Numbered from the whole stretch's first letter, positions 25,258 to 38,447 are shown. The stretch is 63,806 bases of DNA, filler included, from Octopus bimaculoides (GCF_001194135.2; 5 parts of 5 records of this genome joined end to end with filler, not necessarily neighbours in it); one strand, 5' to 3'. Numbers and translations: made by a program. Notes: a model not told the origin generated them from the sequence alone.

Positions 25258-26524
25258 ATGCATGCGTGTGTGTGTATTTATACATACATTAAATTAGATT
25301 TCTAAATTGTTGTATCATCACCCATTGATTTATCTACTGATAAAGTAGTCAACGACAAGTTGTTTGTTCCATTCAAGTTCATTCTTATCTACTTTCTTTC
25401 TCTTTCTTCTTTCTTCCCTTTTTTTTTGTTTTCATTTGGCTTTTGTTTCTCTCCAACAACCCCTTCTCCTTCCTCACCCTCTCCTCCTTTCTCTCCTTCT
25501 TACCCCATCTCCTCCTCCTCCTCCTGCTCCTCTTTTTTGTCTTCATCTCTTCTCATCTAAATCTATCCAATGCCAAAAGGCAGCTGTGTGTTAACTACTT
25601 TTTTTTTCCTAGCATTCTTCTATGTATGTTTTTTTTTTTTTTTTTNNNNNNNNNNTCATCATTATTTCTTAACTTGCCTCATTAAAATCATTAGTAAATG
25701 CATTAGCCACCATAAAACCAAATTAGTTTTCATCATCACACGAAACTTAATTTTAAATTGTTTAATGTTCTTTTTATTTATTTATGTGTCTATTTAAATA
25801 TAATTTTTTAAAACTTTTTTAGAGTTTCCATATTTATATTTTTGAAAGATTTCTTAGGTCGTTCTTTTATTTTCCGTTTGTTTTTCATTTTAAATTATTG
25901 TTTTTCTTCTTTTCTTTTTGCATGTGTAAAAAAAATTGTTTTTATTTATTTGTTTGTGTAATTTGTTTAATTTGTGTTTTGTTTTGTTTTGTTTTGTTAT
26001 TTTTTTTTCTTCTTTCTTGTTTCGCACCAAGCATCATATGAGCTGTAACTCAATGCAATTGTGTGCATCAAGTTTGATTAAGCAGAAATGAATTAAAATT
26101 AAATGAGAAGAGAAATTATTAATGAAAAAAAAAAATAATAAAAGAAACATATATATATATATACAAATAAAACAGCTAAAAAATAACAAATAAAATATAA
26201 AAATAAACGAAATAAAAGCCAGTTAGTTGATAGCTAATCCAACAAATTAAATTTAGTTTGAAGAAGGATTAACTCACAGAGTTATGCATTAGGATTATGT
26301 TAACATTAAATCATTAGTGCTTTATAAAAGTAGCCTAATTGTTGTGCTAATAAATGGGTTTACATGACTGCTATGTCATCCTCTTTAATTAATATGCAAG
26401 GGATACAGCAGGTTGAGTAAATAGGGTCCTGTTGACTAAGGAATCACTTCCTGGTTGGTGTGTGTCAGGGAGAAGTTAACTGTTATAGATTGGTATTTTA
26501 TCCTGGGTAGAAATATTGTCCCCA

Positions 26525-26760
26525 AAAGTGGCGAGCTGGCAGAACCGTTAACACGCTGGGCGAAATGCTTAGCAGTATTTCGTCTGCTGTTACGTTCTGA
26601 GTTCAAATTCCGCCGAGGTTGACTTTGCCTTTCATCCTTTCGGGGTTGATAAATTAAGTACCAGTTACGCACTGGGGTCGATGTAATCAACTTAATCCTT
26701 TTGTCTGTCCTTGTTTGTCCCCTCTATGTTTAGCCCCTTGTGGGCAATAAAGAAATAAGA
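26525..26760 (+). mobile_element. SINE family B, full length (tail type 1)
   Basis: Complete head and core, with tail tttgtcccctctatgtttagccccttgtgggcaataaagaaa. Confidence 0.9.
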
Positions 26761-26859
26761 AATGTTGTTCCCCTAAGCCCTGAAGACTTGAGAAATGAGT
26801 GAACAAAACTATTGACATTTAAGCTATAAATGTTAAACACATCTCATCTCATCTTTTTC

Positions 26860-27140
26860 ACCTGCTTATCCCTGGGAAGTTTGTTGGGGCAGTCTTCAGG
26901 TATGTCTTCTATTGGGTTCTGTCATAAGCAACCGTCTCTGATTGATTTGGTTGGGTCACTGAGCAAGACCAAGCAAACTAATAAATGTTATCCAGCCATC
27001 TTGCTCATGGTCTACCCTTGGGCCTCCTACTGGTTGGTTTTTGCCTGTAAAACCTGTCCCCAGCCATCCTGTACAGAGATATCCTTACCACATGTTCGTA
27101 ATATCAGAACTCTGGTGGTTTCAATAATAGAATTGCAGTC
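26860..27140 (-). mobile_element. RTE-clade (Rex3-like) LINE 3' coding fragment
   Basis: YYEHVVRISLYRMA...AKPTSRRPKGRP*ARWLDNIY*FAWS, compared with the consensus RWxGHVxRM...RPxGRPRTRWxDxIxxLAW. Confidence 0.7.
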
Positions 27141-27192
27141 ATGTTTGTCATATGTCTCGCTTCTCACTCTCTTTCTTTCTCTTTCCCTCATG

Positions 27193-27224
<32 letters not shown>

Positions 27225-27352
27225 TTCTTTCACTCCCTACCTCTCTCATTTTTGTGCTTGTTTCTCTCTTACTCTCTCTTTCACTTATATAATATACAAC
27301 AGACCTATCATATAATCTGTTTTTTCTTTCTCTGTCTGTCTTTGTTTGTCTG

Positions 27353-27392
<40 letters not shown>

Positions 27393-28194
27393 NNNNNNNN
27401 NNNNNNNNNNNNNNNNNNNNNNNNNNNNNNNNNNNNNNNNNNNNNNNNNNNNNNNNNNNNNNNNNNNNNNNNNNNNNNNNNNNNNNNNNNNNNNNNNNNN
27501 NNNNNNNNNNNNNNNNNNNNNNNNNNNNNNNNNNNNNNNNNNNNNNNNNNNNNNNNNNNNNNNNNNNNNNNNNNNNNNNNNNNNCTCCTTCTCTCCTTTC
27601 TCTCTCTCTCTCTCCATATCCCTCTCCTTCTCCCCCTCTCTCCCTCTTTCCCTTGTACTCTTTCTTTCATGCTCCTGCCTTTCACTCTCTTCCACTCTCC
27701 CTCTTACTCTCTCTCTCCCCTCTCTTTCTTTCTCAAGCTCTCCTCCTCCCCTCTCTCTCTTTCTCAAGCTCTCCTTCTCCTCCCCATCTCTCTCTCTTTC
27801 CCTTCCAATCTATCATACATAAATTATTCAAATGAAACTGTCCTAAACCACTTAATTAACCAATGAGTCACCACCAAAAGTCTTTGTCTTCCTGCAGTGC
27901 TACAAACACATACAAAGACGCAAAGATCAGTTCCATAATTGTACAAAATATTCCTTATGAAAAGAAATCTAAGTTCCAGGAAATAAATAATGCAAAAGCA
28001 AACCAGCTCCTCCCAAATGTGAACTTGTGTCATGGAGCCTTAGAGATTATAATAAGCTCAATCACAACCCATGAGACTCAAAAACATTTGCATTATTACC
28101 AAATAACAGAAACAGGTTTACCAAGAACGTGATGTTCCATTTGAAATGGTAAGCGATTTTTCTTGGTTCTTTTATGAGTTGAAGAATTTTTTAA

Positions 28195-28410
28195 TCTTTT
28201 ACTTGTTTCAGTCATTAAACTACGCCCATGCTGGAGTATGTCTAGTCGGTTACTTTAACCCCAGTGCATAACTAGTACTTATTTCATCGACCCCAAAAAG
28301 ATGAAAGGCAAAATTAACCTCGGTGGAATTTGAACTCAGAACATAGCGGCAGATGAAATACTGCTGAGCATTTTGCCCCGGCATGCTAACAGTTCTGCCT
28401 GCTTGCCACT
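28195..28410 (-). mobile_element. SINE A-tail / SINE B composite
   Basis: The A-type tail (cttgtttcagtcattaaactacgcccatgctggag) is joined to a family-B core and head. Confidence 0.7.
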
Positions 28411-28421
28411 TAATATGTTAG

Positions 28422-28820
28422 TATTAATAATAATAAAGAATAAGGGGACTTGTACATCTACAAAATCTATTTTCTGACCTACACGTGTTTCCTTTACAAC
28501 AACTATTCACTATTACAAATGTGACCTTGCAATATTGTCGGTACAGTTTCATCAGAAAAAGTCCATTTGGTCATCTTCAAAGAGAACTCATTGCATTAAA
28601 TTTTTGTTAGTTAGTGTTCTGTGGGAGGTGGGGGGGGGGTATTGTTACTCATTTGACAAAGCTGCACTGACAATATTGTAAGATCGCATTTGCAGCAGTG
28701 AGTAAAGTAGTTGCTACTGCAGAAACATGTGTAGGTCAATATAGTATGTTGTATGTAACTATAAAATAAATTTTGCAGATTTACAAGTCCCCATACTCTT
28801 TATTATTATCAATATTAATA
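28422..28820. mobile_element. About 400-bp fold-back MITE-like element with long imperfect inverted arms
   Basis: Left arm tattaataataataaagaataaggggacttgtacatctacaaaat...gacctacacgtgtttc...caatattgtc pairs with right arm gacaatattg...gaaacatgtgtaggtc...attttgcagatttacaagtccccatactctttattattatcaatattaata. The right arm carries an insertion of about 20 bp. Confidence 0.75.
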
Positions 28821-29070
28821 TATGTATGCATTGTTGTTTTCACTGTCCAATTTTTCCTGTCTTGGTTTGTGTTTGCCACCTTGGAATCCTCTGTGTAGTG
28901 GGTTGATCCACTACTCAGGAAGAGACTATTCTAGAGTACGTTCTGTCTTATCTTCGAAACGTCAGGTTAGAATAGAGACAGCTGATGAAGGAATATTCCA
29001 AGTGGCTTTCCGTTTTCCTATGTGTTCGTTCCGTTGTCTGTAGTTCATTGTTCTAACGTCCTGTACCCTG
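28821..29070 (+). mobile_element. Probable Penelope-type terminal repeat with partial hammerhead-like motifs
   Basis: Contains CGAAACGTC (28955-28963), CTGATGAAGG (28982-28991) and several local hairpins. No complete ribozyme core. Confidence 0.35.
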
Positions 29071-29147
29071 ATATGCATATATATACACATGTAGATGTAA
29101 GTATGTACATATATGTGTGTATACATGTATATATATTCTTTGTATTA

Positions 29148-29185
<38 letters not shown>

Positions 29186-29452
29186 GCATATATACATATA
29201 TGCGTATATGCATATATATATATATATATATATGTATATACATATATATATATATATACATACATATATATATATATATACACATATATACACACACACA
29301 TATGTATATATATATACATAGATATATGTGTGTGTGTGTGTGTGTGTGTGCGTGTCTGTAGGGAGAGAGAGACAGAAAGGGAAAGAGTGAGAGAGAGCTT
29401 TCTGTTTATATCTTAATGAGCTTACACTGCAGAAAATTTCATAACTGTGGCA

Positions 29453-29483
<31 letters not shown>

Positions 29484-30200
29484 ATGTCTGTTTGTCTGTC
29501 TGTCTGTCTGTCTATATGAGTATATATATATATATATATATATATATGCTTGCACATATTTATGTATGTGTATATTTCTTACAGGTAAAAATTTGTTCGT
29601 ACACATGCTCACATACACACAAACACATATATTTATATGAATTTATTTTTGCACACCACCACCACCACCACCACCACCATTACACCACCTACCTGAAGGG
29701 CTAAGCAGTTCATAAAACTTCAATGAATTTCAAAAGTTTCACCTGGGGTAGATTGGTGCATTTTGTATACGTGTATATATATACAAGTTTTTCTCCCTGA
29801 CTTCCTTGTTAATATTATTCCACAAAGGAAAGTCTAGTCATTAACGAAGAAACCAGATACTTTCAGTGCACCCTGATTACAGGTTATATACCTCTAATCA
29901 GGTAACTTATAAAGGTATGTAGTTCCTACCTCCAGCCTTGGGTTCACTCGGTGATATTGTGTTACAGAATATCTTAAGAGGTAACATTGAGGTAACCACT
30001 TTCGGAAGATATGTTCTCACCTAGTTCTTGACATTATGTGTATGTGTTTGTATGTATGCATGTTTGTATGTGTGTACGCATATCTGCATGTGTATGTATG
30101 TATGTATGTGCGTGGGGGTGGGTGCACAGGCACATGCAGGTATGTATGTGAATTTATGTGTGTGTGTGTGTGTGTGGTCTGATCAATAAGTATCTGGATT

Positions 30201-30214
30201 GTTGCCATAGTAAC
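30201..30214. promoter_or_regulatory. RFX X-box consensus match
   Basis: GTTGCCATAGTAAC fits the GTNRCCNNRGYAAC X-box. Motif match only. Confidence 0.3.
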
Positions 30215-30320
30215 GAAGCTAAAGTACTGAAAATGAAGCTGCTTGGCACAAATTGACCTTAAACTCTGCTATGCATGTGCACTAAGTTTTAAAGCTCTAC
30301 CTCACTTCCACTGTTTACAG

Positions 30321-30417
30321 CAACCCATGCCAGCATGGACAACGGACGTTAAATGATGATGATGACAATGAGGATGATGATGATGATGACAATGAGGATG
30401 ATGATGATGATGATGAT
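30321..30417 (+). mobile_element. RTE-type 3' tip with (GAT)n tail
   Basis: aacccatgccagcatggacaacggacgttaaatgatgatgat, the same terminus as the minus-strand copies at 38448 and 41890. Confidence 0.8.
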
Positions 30418-30419
30418 TC

Positions 30420-30600
30420 ATTCACATTATTTTGTATTAATTATACATAATCTCATTGCTTCAACATTTTGATGATGTGGCTATTTAGTTTTAGGACGAC
30501 ATTGTATGGTTGGTGTGAGAGGTCAGATCCATCCAGTTTGAACATAAAACAGGTAGAATATTTCGAGTTGACATGGCCAGTTCAAATGCTAAAGAGTTAA
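30420..30600. mobile_element. Truncated piggyBac-type MITE
   Basis: Ends ...aaatgctaaagagTTAA, a degenerate CCCT-type TIR plus TTAA site. Only one end is present. Confidence 0.45.
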
Positions 30601-32064
30601 CAAAAAGTTTACTGCTATCTCTAGCAGTGAGTGGACGCACATAGAGCCTCTTTCTTTGGCTTGTTTCCTACTCTATTGACCAGATCTATGACTACAATCA
30701 AAGGCATTCCAAGTATGACCCTCCCATCTTTTTTCATTTGCTAATGTTTCCTTTCCTTTTTAAAGCAATAGATTATGATTTGAAAAGAATTTAGCTGCTA
30801 TATTTAGCAAATGGTATGACCTTGTATAAGCTCACTCATTAGTTCATCTTAGTTTTTGTCTCCGACAGTCTCATAGTCTCAGACTTATTATGTCTGACGG
30901 AACCAGTTATTCTATTATTCCCCTGACCAACTCAGCTTTCCAACTCCCATGTGTGATATTCTTACTTACAACCATTCTTGGAGTTTTTTTTTTTTCCTTT
31001 ATTATTTTTCTTATTTTTATATAATTCATTTAACACTAACTTAGCCAAGCCCTGTTTCAGAAAACAGCTATTTAATCTGGGGCCTCGCTATGCCTTTCAA
31101 ATCAATTTAACCCATGCGGTGCCAAATATCCCCTACAGTCACTTATGAACCTCATTTTGTCTTTTAGTAGCATTGAACTCCAGTCATGTTATGTCTTAAG
31201 TTGCCATTTGAAATCATTTCAGAAAAAACAAAAATATTTATATATTTTTCTTAAAATTATGATTTTCTCATAAATTCTAAATTTAACACTTCCGCTTAAC
31301 TCACCAATTATTGTCCTGTCTAAGACAAAATATTTGTTTCTTTTTCAAATGTTTTTCCATTTATTCCTTTATTTCTCACTTTTTTCCTTTCCTTTTCTTT
31401 TCGTTTTTTCTTTTTTTTTGAATCGTTTCCAACCCATTCCATCTCAGAAGAATGAGTTCATGACATTATTTTTTTTTTTTTTTTTAAAAACAGCCCTATT
31501 TTTAATTTCAAAAACTCTTAACATAAACATTATCCATTGCCATAACCATTCCAGCCAGCCATATACACTTACCTCCAAACCTCCCATCCATACCACTGGG
31601 CTTCACTTCACCACCGCACTCCACTATAAGACAACCACCATGCCACTTGCTTCTACGATGCACTGTGCAATGATCACAGATCGTAACCTACAGAATTTTA
31701 TGCTTCGGTTGATTTTCACTTCATAATTCTCCCCACTCACCACCCTTCACGACACATACATATATATCCTTACATCCATACACACACACACATATATATG
31801 TATGGATACGTATGTTGTGTCTATGCAGGAGCGCGTATGTATACGTTTATTTACATATATGTGTGTGTGTATGTATATATATATATTTGTGCGTGTATAT
31901 GTATATATATATGTATATATTTGTGTGTGTGTATAAATATCTGCATACATGTATATAATTTTATATATGTGCATGTATGTATATGTGTGTTGTGTATTTA
32001 AAAAATGTCTGTCTCAACAGTTAATTTAACACGTCACTTAACAATACGTGGGTGTATGTCTGTG

Positions 32065-32117
<53 letters not shown>

Positions 32118-32185
32118 ATATGTGGGTTTGTATAGATACACTTATATGTACATATAAAAATCTATATACATATATATATATATGA

Positions 32186-32228
<43 letters not shown>

Positions 32229-32586
32229 GATGGATGTATATGCATATATACATACAAATATATACACACACATATATACATATATATATATATGCATATA
32301 ATACATATATACATGCATTTTGCTCATCCATACTTATATATATTAATTTTAATAAGTTTGTACAGAAGTGGAGACATAAACACACCTGGCAAGGATAACA
32401 GTATTGTGAAGGTGAATATACATACATACATGTGTACATATGTACGTGTGTGTGTGTGTGTGTGTGTAATTGGAATGGAATGGCTTACATTGAAGTGAGT
32501 GAAGATACCTCGGGAGTAGTGGTTATATTGGCTCTTTGCTCTTTTACAGAACAAATGCAATGCATGACACCGCCACCACTACCACC

Positions 32587-32627
<41 letters not shown>

Positions 32628-32824
32628 CGCCATCATCATTATCATCAATATCAATACCACTAACCGTCTCCGTTGCCAACGACATCAACATCCAAACATA
32701 CAACCTTGTTTAATGATGTTGAAAAAGAACAAGAGAAAAATTACACACCAAGAAAAACAAAACAAAATAAAAAAAAATAAAATAAAAACTAATCCATAAG
32801 TAAAGTTCAACTTTGACCTTTCTA

Positions 32825-32844
32825 TACTTGCATTATTATTATTA

Positions 32845-32908
<64 letters not shown>

Positions 32909-32925
32909 CATTATCATCATCATCA

Positions 32926-32977
<52 letters not shown>

Positions 32978-32985
32978 CATCATCA

Positions 32986-33033
<48 letters not shown>

Positions 33034-33050
33034 TTATTTTTTTTTTTTTG
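32825..33050. repeat. (TAT)n/(CAT)n microsatellite
   Basis: Direct reading; explains the poly-Y and poly-I ORFs. Confidence 0.97.
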
Positions 33051-33569
33051 GTTTCTATTTTTGGATTGTTTTCTTTCATTTTTCTGGTGTTGTATTTTTT
33101 TTTAATCACGCTTTATTTATTTATTTATTTGTTTGTTTATTGACCTGTGAATTGAAACTTTAACTCCTTGCCCACCCCTTTCTCTTTACATACTATTTGC
33201 CACCACCATCATCAGCATCATCATCATCATCATCATCATCATAACCATAACAAGAAATACTATCAACATCATCCCCAGGAAGTCTTTTCGTGGTTCCTTT
33301 ACCAACTAGAAACACCAGCCAATCACATCCTAGAATTTTAAAAGAAAAAAAAAAAAAGGATGCATTTAAGATGCAGTTTTCTGTTCTATGCAGACAAGAA
33401 AAGCAACAAAAACAAAAATAAATAAATTGAATTAAGATACAGGATGGTTTATCACTAGAATTCCTATGATAAGGTTTTTATTTGAAGCACAACAGCAACA
33501 ACAACAAGAACAACTTTGATTGAGTGCCTCTCCTGGCAAAAATACATCTTTAACATTTTCTAGGTCTAC

Positions 33570-33800
33570 CCCAAGAACAGGCCCTTTCTTCTCATTAAGG
33601 TCAGGAGACACTTCAGCCCTGAAACATTATTAGCACCTTACAAAGCTCAGATGAGGCCCACAACACAATAATGTTCTCACAAACAAGATGATACACAAAC
33701 GGAGATCCAAGATCATGAACATTAGGTACAGGAAAAGGCCATTCAACTGATTGGCATAAAGTCACTCACAGACATGCTCCAACTTCTGGTACAAAGGTTT
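33570..33800 (+). mobile_element. CR1-group LINE fragment (RT thumb region)
   Basis: LIKVRRHFSPETLLAPYKAQMRPT..CSH...VQEKAIQLIGIKSLTDMLQ, compared with the consensus LxRxRxxFTxxxLLxLYKAQVRPxMEYCSH...QxKAxRLI. Confidence 0.75.
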
Positions 33801-33806
33801 ATCATC

Positions 33807-33870
<64 letters not shown>

Positions 33871-34070
33871 TCTTTCTCTCTCTCTCTGACTCGCTCTCTC
33901 TGACTCTCTCTCCCTCGCTTTCTCTCCCTCTCTTCCTCTCCCTCTTTTTCCTTTCTTTTTTTCTATCTCTATCAATCTCTCTTTCTCTCTCTTATTCTTT
34001 TTATCTCTCTCTCTTTCTTTCTTTCTTTCTATTTCTATCAATCTCTCTCTCTTTATCTCACTCACTTTTT

Positions 34071-34473
34071 GCTATACCATCAAACATTCACATCACAATT
34101 CCATCAAACATTCACATTGTCATGCCATCAAACATTAACATCGCAATACCATCAAACATTCACATTGCAATACCATCAAACATTCACATTGTTATGCCAT
34201 CAAACATTAACTTCGCAATACCATCAAACATTCACATTGTTATGCCATCAAACATTAACTTCGCAATACCATCAAAAATCCACATCGCAATACCATCAAA
34301 CATCCATATTGCCATACCATCAAAACATTGACATTGCAATACCATCAAACATACACATTGCTATACCATCAAACATTCACATTGCAATACTATCAAACAT
34401 CCACATCGCAATACCATCAAACATCCACATCGCAATACCATCAAACATCCACATCGCAATACCATCAAACATC
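34071..34473. repeat. 24-bp minisatellite, about 17 units (consensus GCAATACCATCAAACATTCACATT)
   Basis: Units are visible directly and appear as AIPSNIHI repeats in the track ORFs. One 1-bp insertion near 34325. Confidence 0.95.
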
Positions 34474-34479
34474 ACATCA

Positions 34480-35280
34480 TTTACATCATAATATCATCAC
34501 ACTATCACATTACTACACCATCCCATCAACATAGTCTAATGCTACTATATCAGACACTCTCTTACCATCATGCCATCACAACCACCACCATAACCACCAC
34601 TACCATAAACACCACCACCATCACAACAACAACCAATACTACAACTGCCACCATCACCACCACCACTATTGCTACTACCACCATCACTACTACCACAATC
34701 ATCATCACCACCACCACTACCACTACTATCACTTCTACCACCACCATCACCACCACCACTATCAATACTACCACCACTACCTCCAGAACCAGTACCACTG
34801 CCACTACCATCACATTGTCAATGGCATTATTAATGTTACCAACACCAAGAAACCATAAAGGCTATGATCAGCATTATCATCTTAGCAATATACCATCAAC
34901 AACCATTATCAGTGCTACCAGCCCTGGCTACCAACCCCACCACAACTATGACCACCACCAATGCCAATGCTATCATACCATGAAGGCCATTACCACCGCT
35001 ACTACCAGCATTATCCTGTTACAAACATACCATTAATGATCACTATTATCATTCCTACCAGTCTGGCACCACCAGCAAGACCATCATCAATACCATCACC
35101 GCCAATGTCATCGTGCCATCAAGGCCTTTATCACAACAACGTCAAACTAAACACACCATCAATGACTGCTATCACTACTAGCAGACCCCACCACCACCAC
35201 CACCACCACCACCAGCAACACCAGCACCAGCTCAACCACTACAGCCTCCACCGCCACTACCAACGCCAGCACTAACACCT
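34480..35280. repeat. Cryptic (ACC/CAT/CAA)n low-complexity tract
   Basis: Direct reading; explains the poly-T and poly-H ORFs. Confidence 0.9.
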
Positions 35281-36734
35281 CCCCCTCATACTCTTTACAC
35301 ATCACGGACCAAGTAATCAATGTTTCTAAACTTTGACCCCCTCCTGAGGAACATAACCCATAGCCTGCAGTCTGTCTGTAAAGCTCAACATGAGGTCAAA
35401 ATTTAGTGAAATTTTTTCTATGAATACTTCAGATTTGATGTACAGACTGTCAAATCAAATGGGGTTTTACATAGAGAATAAGTGGGGGAGGGGGATGTGA
35501 GGGTGTGCGGAGGGGAAGACAGAGAGTTCTTAGAAGATTTCGGTTTGCCTAACTTTTTATCTTTGTTATTTAAATTAAAATTTTATTTTCATATTATTAT
35601 CTTGTTTTTGGCTTCCTTATTTTGATCTATATGCTGTGTGTGTATGTATATATATATACANNNNNNNNNNNNNNNNNNNNNNNNNNNNNNNNNNNNNNNN
35701 NNNNNNNNNNNNNNNNNNNNNNNNNNNNNNNNNNNNNNNNNNNNNNNNNNNNNNNNNNNNNNNNNNNNNNNNNNNNNNNNNNNNNNNNNNNNNNNNNNNN
35801 NNNNNNNNNNNNNNNNNNNNNNNNNNNNNNNNNNNNNNNNNNNNNNNNNNNNNNNNNNNNNNNNNNNNNNNNNNNNNNNNNNNNNNNNNNNNNNNNNNNN
35901 NNNNNNNNNNNNNNNNNNNNNNNNNNNNNNNNNNNNNNNNNNNNNNNNNNNNNNNNNNNNNNNNNNNNNNNNNNNNNNNNNNNNNNNNNNNNNNNNNNNN
36001 NNNNNNNNNNNNNNNNNNNNNNNNNNNNNNNNNNNNNNNNNNNNNNNNNNNNNNNNNNNNNNNNNNNNNNNNNNNNNNNNNNNNNNNNNNNNNNNNNNNN
36101 NNNNNNNNNNNNNNNNNNNNNNNNNNNNNNNNNNNNNNNNNNNNNNNNNNNNNNNNNNNNNNNNNNNNNNNNNNNNNNNNNNNNNNNNNNNNNNNNNNNN
36201 NNNNNNNNNNNNNNNNNNNNNNNNNNNNNNNNNNNNNNNNNNNNNNNNNNNNNNNNNNNNNNNNNNNNNNNNNNNNNNNNNNNNNNNNNNNNNNNNNNNN
36301 NNNNNNNNNNNNNNNNNNNNNNNNNNNNNNNNNNNNNNNNNNNNNNNNNNNNNNNNNNNNNNNNNNNNNNNNNNNNNNNNNNNNNNNNNNNNNNNNNNNN
36401 NNNNNNNNNNNNNNNNNNNNNNNNNNNNNNNNNNNNNNNNNNNNNNNNNNNNNNNNNNNNNNNNNNNNNNNNNNNNNNNNNNNNNNNNNNNNNNNNNNNN
36501 NNNNNNNNNNNNNNNNNNNNNNNNNNNNNNNNNNNNNNNNNNNNNNNNNNNNNNNNNNNNNNNNNNNNNNNNNNNNNNNNNNNNNNNNNNNNNNNNNNNN
36601 NNNNNNNNNNNNNNNNNNNNNNNNNNNNNNNNNNNNNNNNNNNNATATATATATATATATAAAATATACATATATATATGTGTGTGTGTGTATATATGTA
36701 TATTACATATATATATATATATATATTTACATAG

Positions 36735-36765
<31 letters not shown>

Positions 36766-37459
36766 CAGATATGCATATATATATACACATGCATATATGA
36801 ATATATATATGTGTGCGTGTCTGTGTGCATATGCATGTATATGCATATATATATGTTCATATGTATACATATGCATATGTATGTGTGTGTGTATATATAC
36901 ATATATACATGCATACACACATATATATGTATATGTACATACATATGTATATGTAAATATATATATGCATACATGCACACACACACACACACAAACACGT
37001 ACACATACATACACACTCACAGATATATATATACTTTATCTGTTGAAGATTTCAGTGTTTTGTTTATTTTTAGAGAATTTCAAATAATAACACTTACCAT
37101 TATTTTTGTATCTTTTACAAAATGGTTCTGTGTTTTTGGCATCAGTAATCTTTGTCTTCAAAAGGTTAAAACTCTCCTGGAGTGAGATTCTGACTCTCCA
37201 CCCAAACACCTACTGCCAACCTCCCATTCCTATTTATCATTTTTTTTTTTTTTCCACATTTGGAAATCTTCATTAAAGAGCTTGATTTTGTTTGTTTTTT
37301 TACTTTTTTTTTTTAATACACCAATTCTGTAGATCTTTCATCCATTTCTTCTGTATTTATTTATTCATTTCTGGTTTCTTGTTCTTCCCCTACCCCCCTC
37401 CCTGCTACCATTTTCTCTTGGCTTTATCTAAAGCATGGCTGTGTTGTTAATAACAAGCT

Positions 37460-37700
37460 TGCTAATGTGCAAGGCTCAGTAGTTAGAGCGTCAGGCTCAC
37501 AATCATGAGGTAGTGAGTTCAATCCCCAGACTGGGCTGTTTGTTGTGTTCTTGAGCAAGACACTTTATTTCACACTGTTCCAGTTCACTTGGCTGTAGAA
37601 ATGAGATGCAACCTCACTGGTGCCAAGCTGTATCGCCCTTTTCCATTCTCTTGGACAACATCGGTAGTATAGAGACGGGAGGCTGGTCTTCTATAATCAA
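37460..37700 (+). mobile_element. tRNA-derived SINE family C
   Basis: A box (ggctcagtagttagagcg), B box (gagttcaatcccc), then ttgagcaagacactttatttc...gctgtagaaatgag. Confidence 0.7.
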
Positions 37701-37704
37701 CCTT

Positions 37705-38415
37705 TTCTACTCTAGGCACAAGGCCTGAAATTTGGGGGGAGGGGGCCAGTTGATTAGATCGACCCCAGTTCACAACTTGTACTTAATTTATTGACCCTGA
37801 AAGGATGAAAGGCAAAGTCGACCTCGGCTGAATTTGAACTCAGAAAGTAAAGATGGACGAAATACTATAAGCATTTTGCCCGGCGTGCTAACGAGTCTAC
37901 CAGCTCTCCACCTTTAACAACCATAAACAACCCCGACCGGACTTGTACCTCAGAGGGTAACTTTCTAAGTGCAATCCTATGGTCAGTCATGACTGATGGA
38001 GGTGGTCTTTTTTTTTTTTTTGCAATTATATGATTTCAATTTGTGATTAATGGCCTTGTAGATGAAAAGCAAGGTTGACCTTGCTGGAATTTGATCTCAG
38101 AATGTAGAGATGAATAAAATGCTTCTAACGATTCGGCCAGCTTACTTGCCTCATACTTTCTTTACTCTTTTACTTGTTTCAGTCAGTTGACTGCGGCCAT
38201 GCTGGAGCATCGCCTTTAGTGGAAGCACAAGGCCTCAAATTTGGAGGAAGGGATTAAATTGATCACATCGACCCCATTGCGTAACTGGTACTTATTTAAT
38301 TAACCCCGAAAGGATGAAAGGTAAAGTCAACCTTGGTGGAATTTGAACAGATGGACAAAATGTCATTAAGAATTTTGCCCAGTGTGCTAACGATTCTGCT
38401 AGCTCACTTCCAGCC
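37705..38415 (-). mobile_element. Cluster of SINE B copies plus an A-tail piece
   Basis: Family-B cores at about 37705-37915, 38070-38150 and 38225-38415; A-type tail at 38160-38220. Confidence 0.8.
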
Positions 38416-38447
38416 TTATGATGAGGTCTCAAATTCAGAGGAAGGAC

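Noticed and set aside
27863-28132. 89-aa ORF behind a good acceptor (27897)
   Set aside because: It terminates 16 nt before the nearby donor and has no recognisable homology.
34071-34473. Regularly spaced direct repeats as a possible CRISPR array
   Set aside because: Units are contiguous with no unique spacers and the context is eukaryotic; it is a minisatellite.
35589-37185. Longest ORFs in the track (346-515 aa)
   Set aside because: Made of N runs and (TA)/(CA)/(TG) microsatellites. The same applies to the X-rich ORFs near 5.9, 8.8, 13.5, 16.3, 24.2, 27.3, 46, 55.6, 57 and 60.4 kb.
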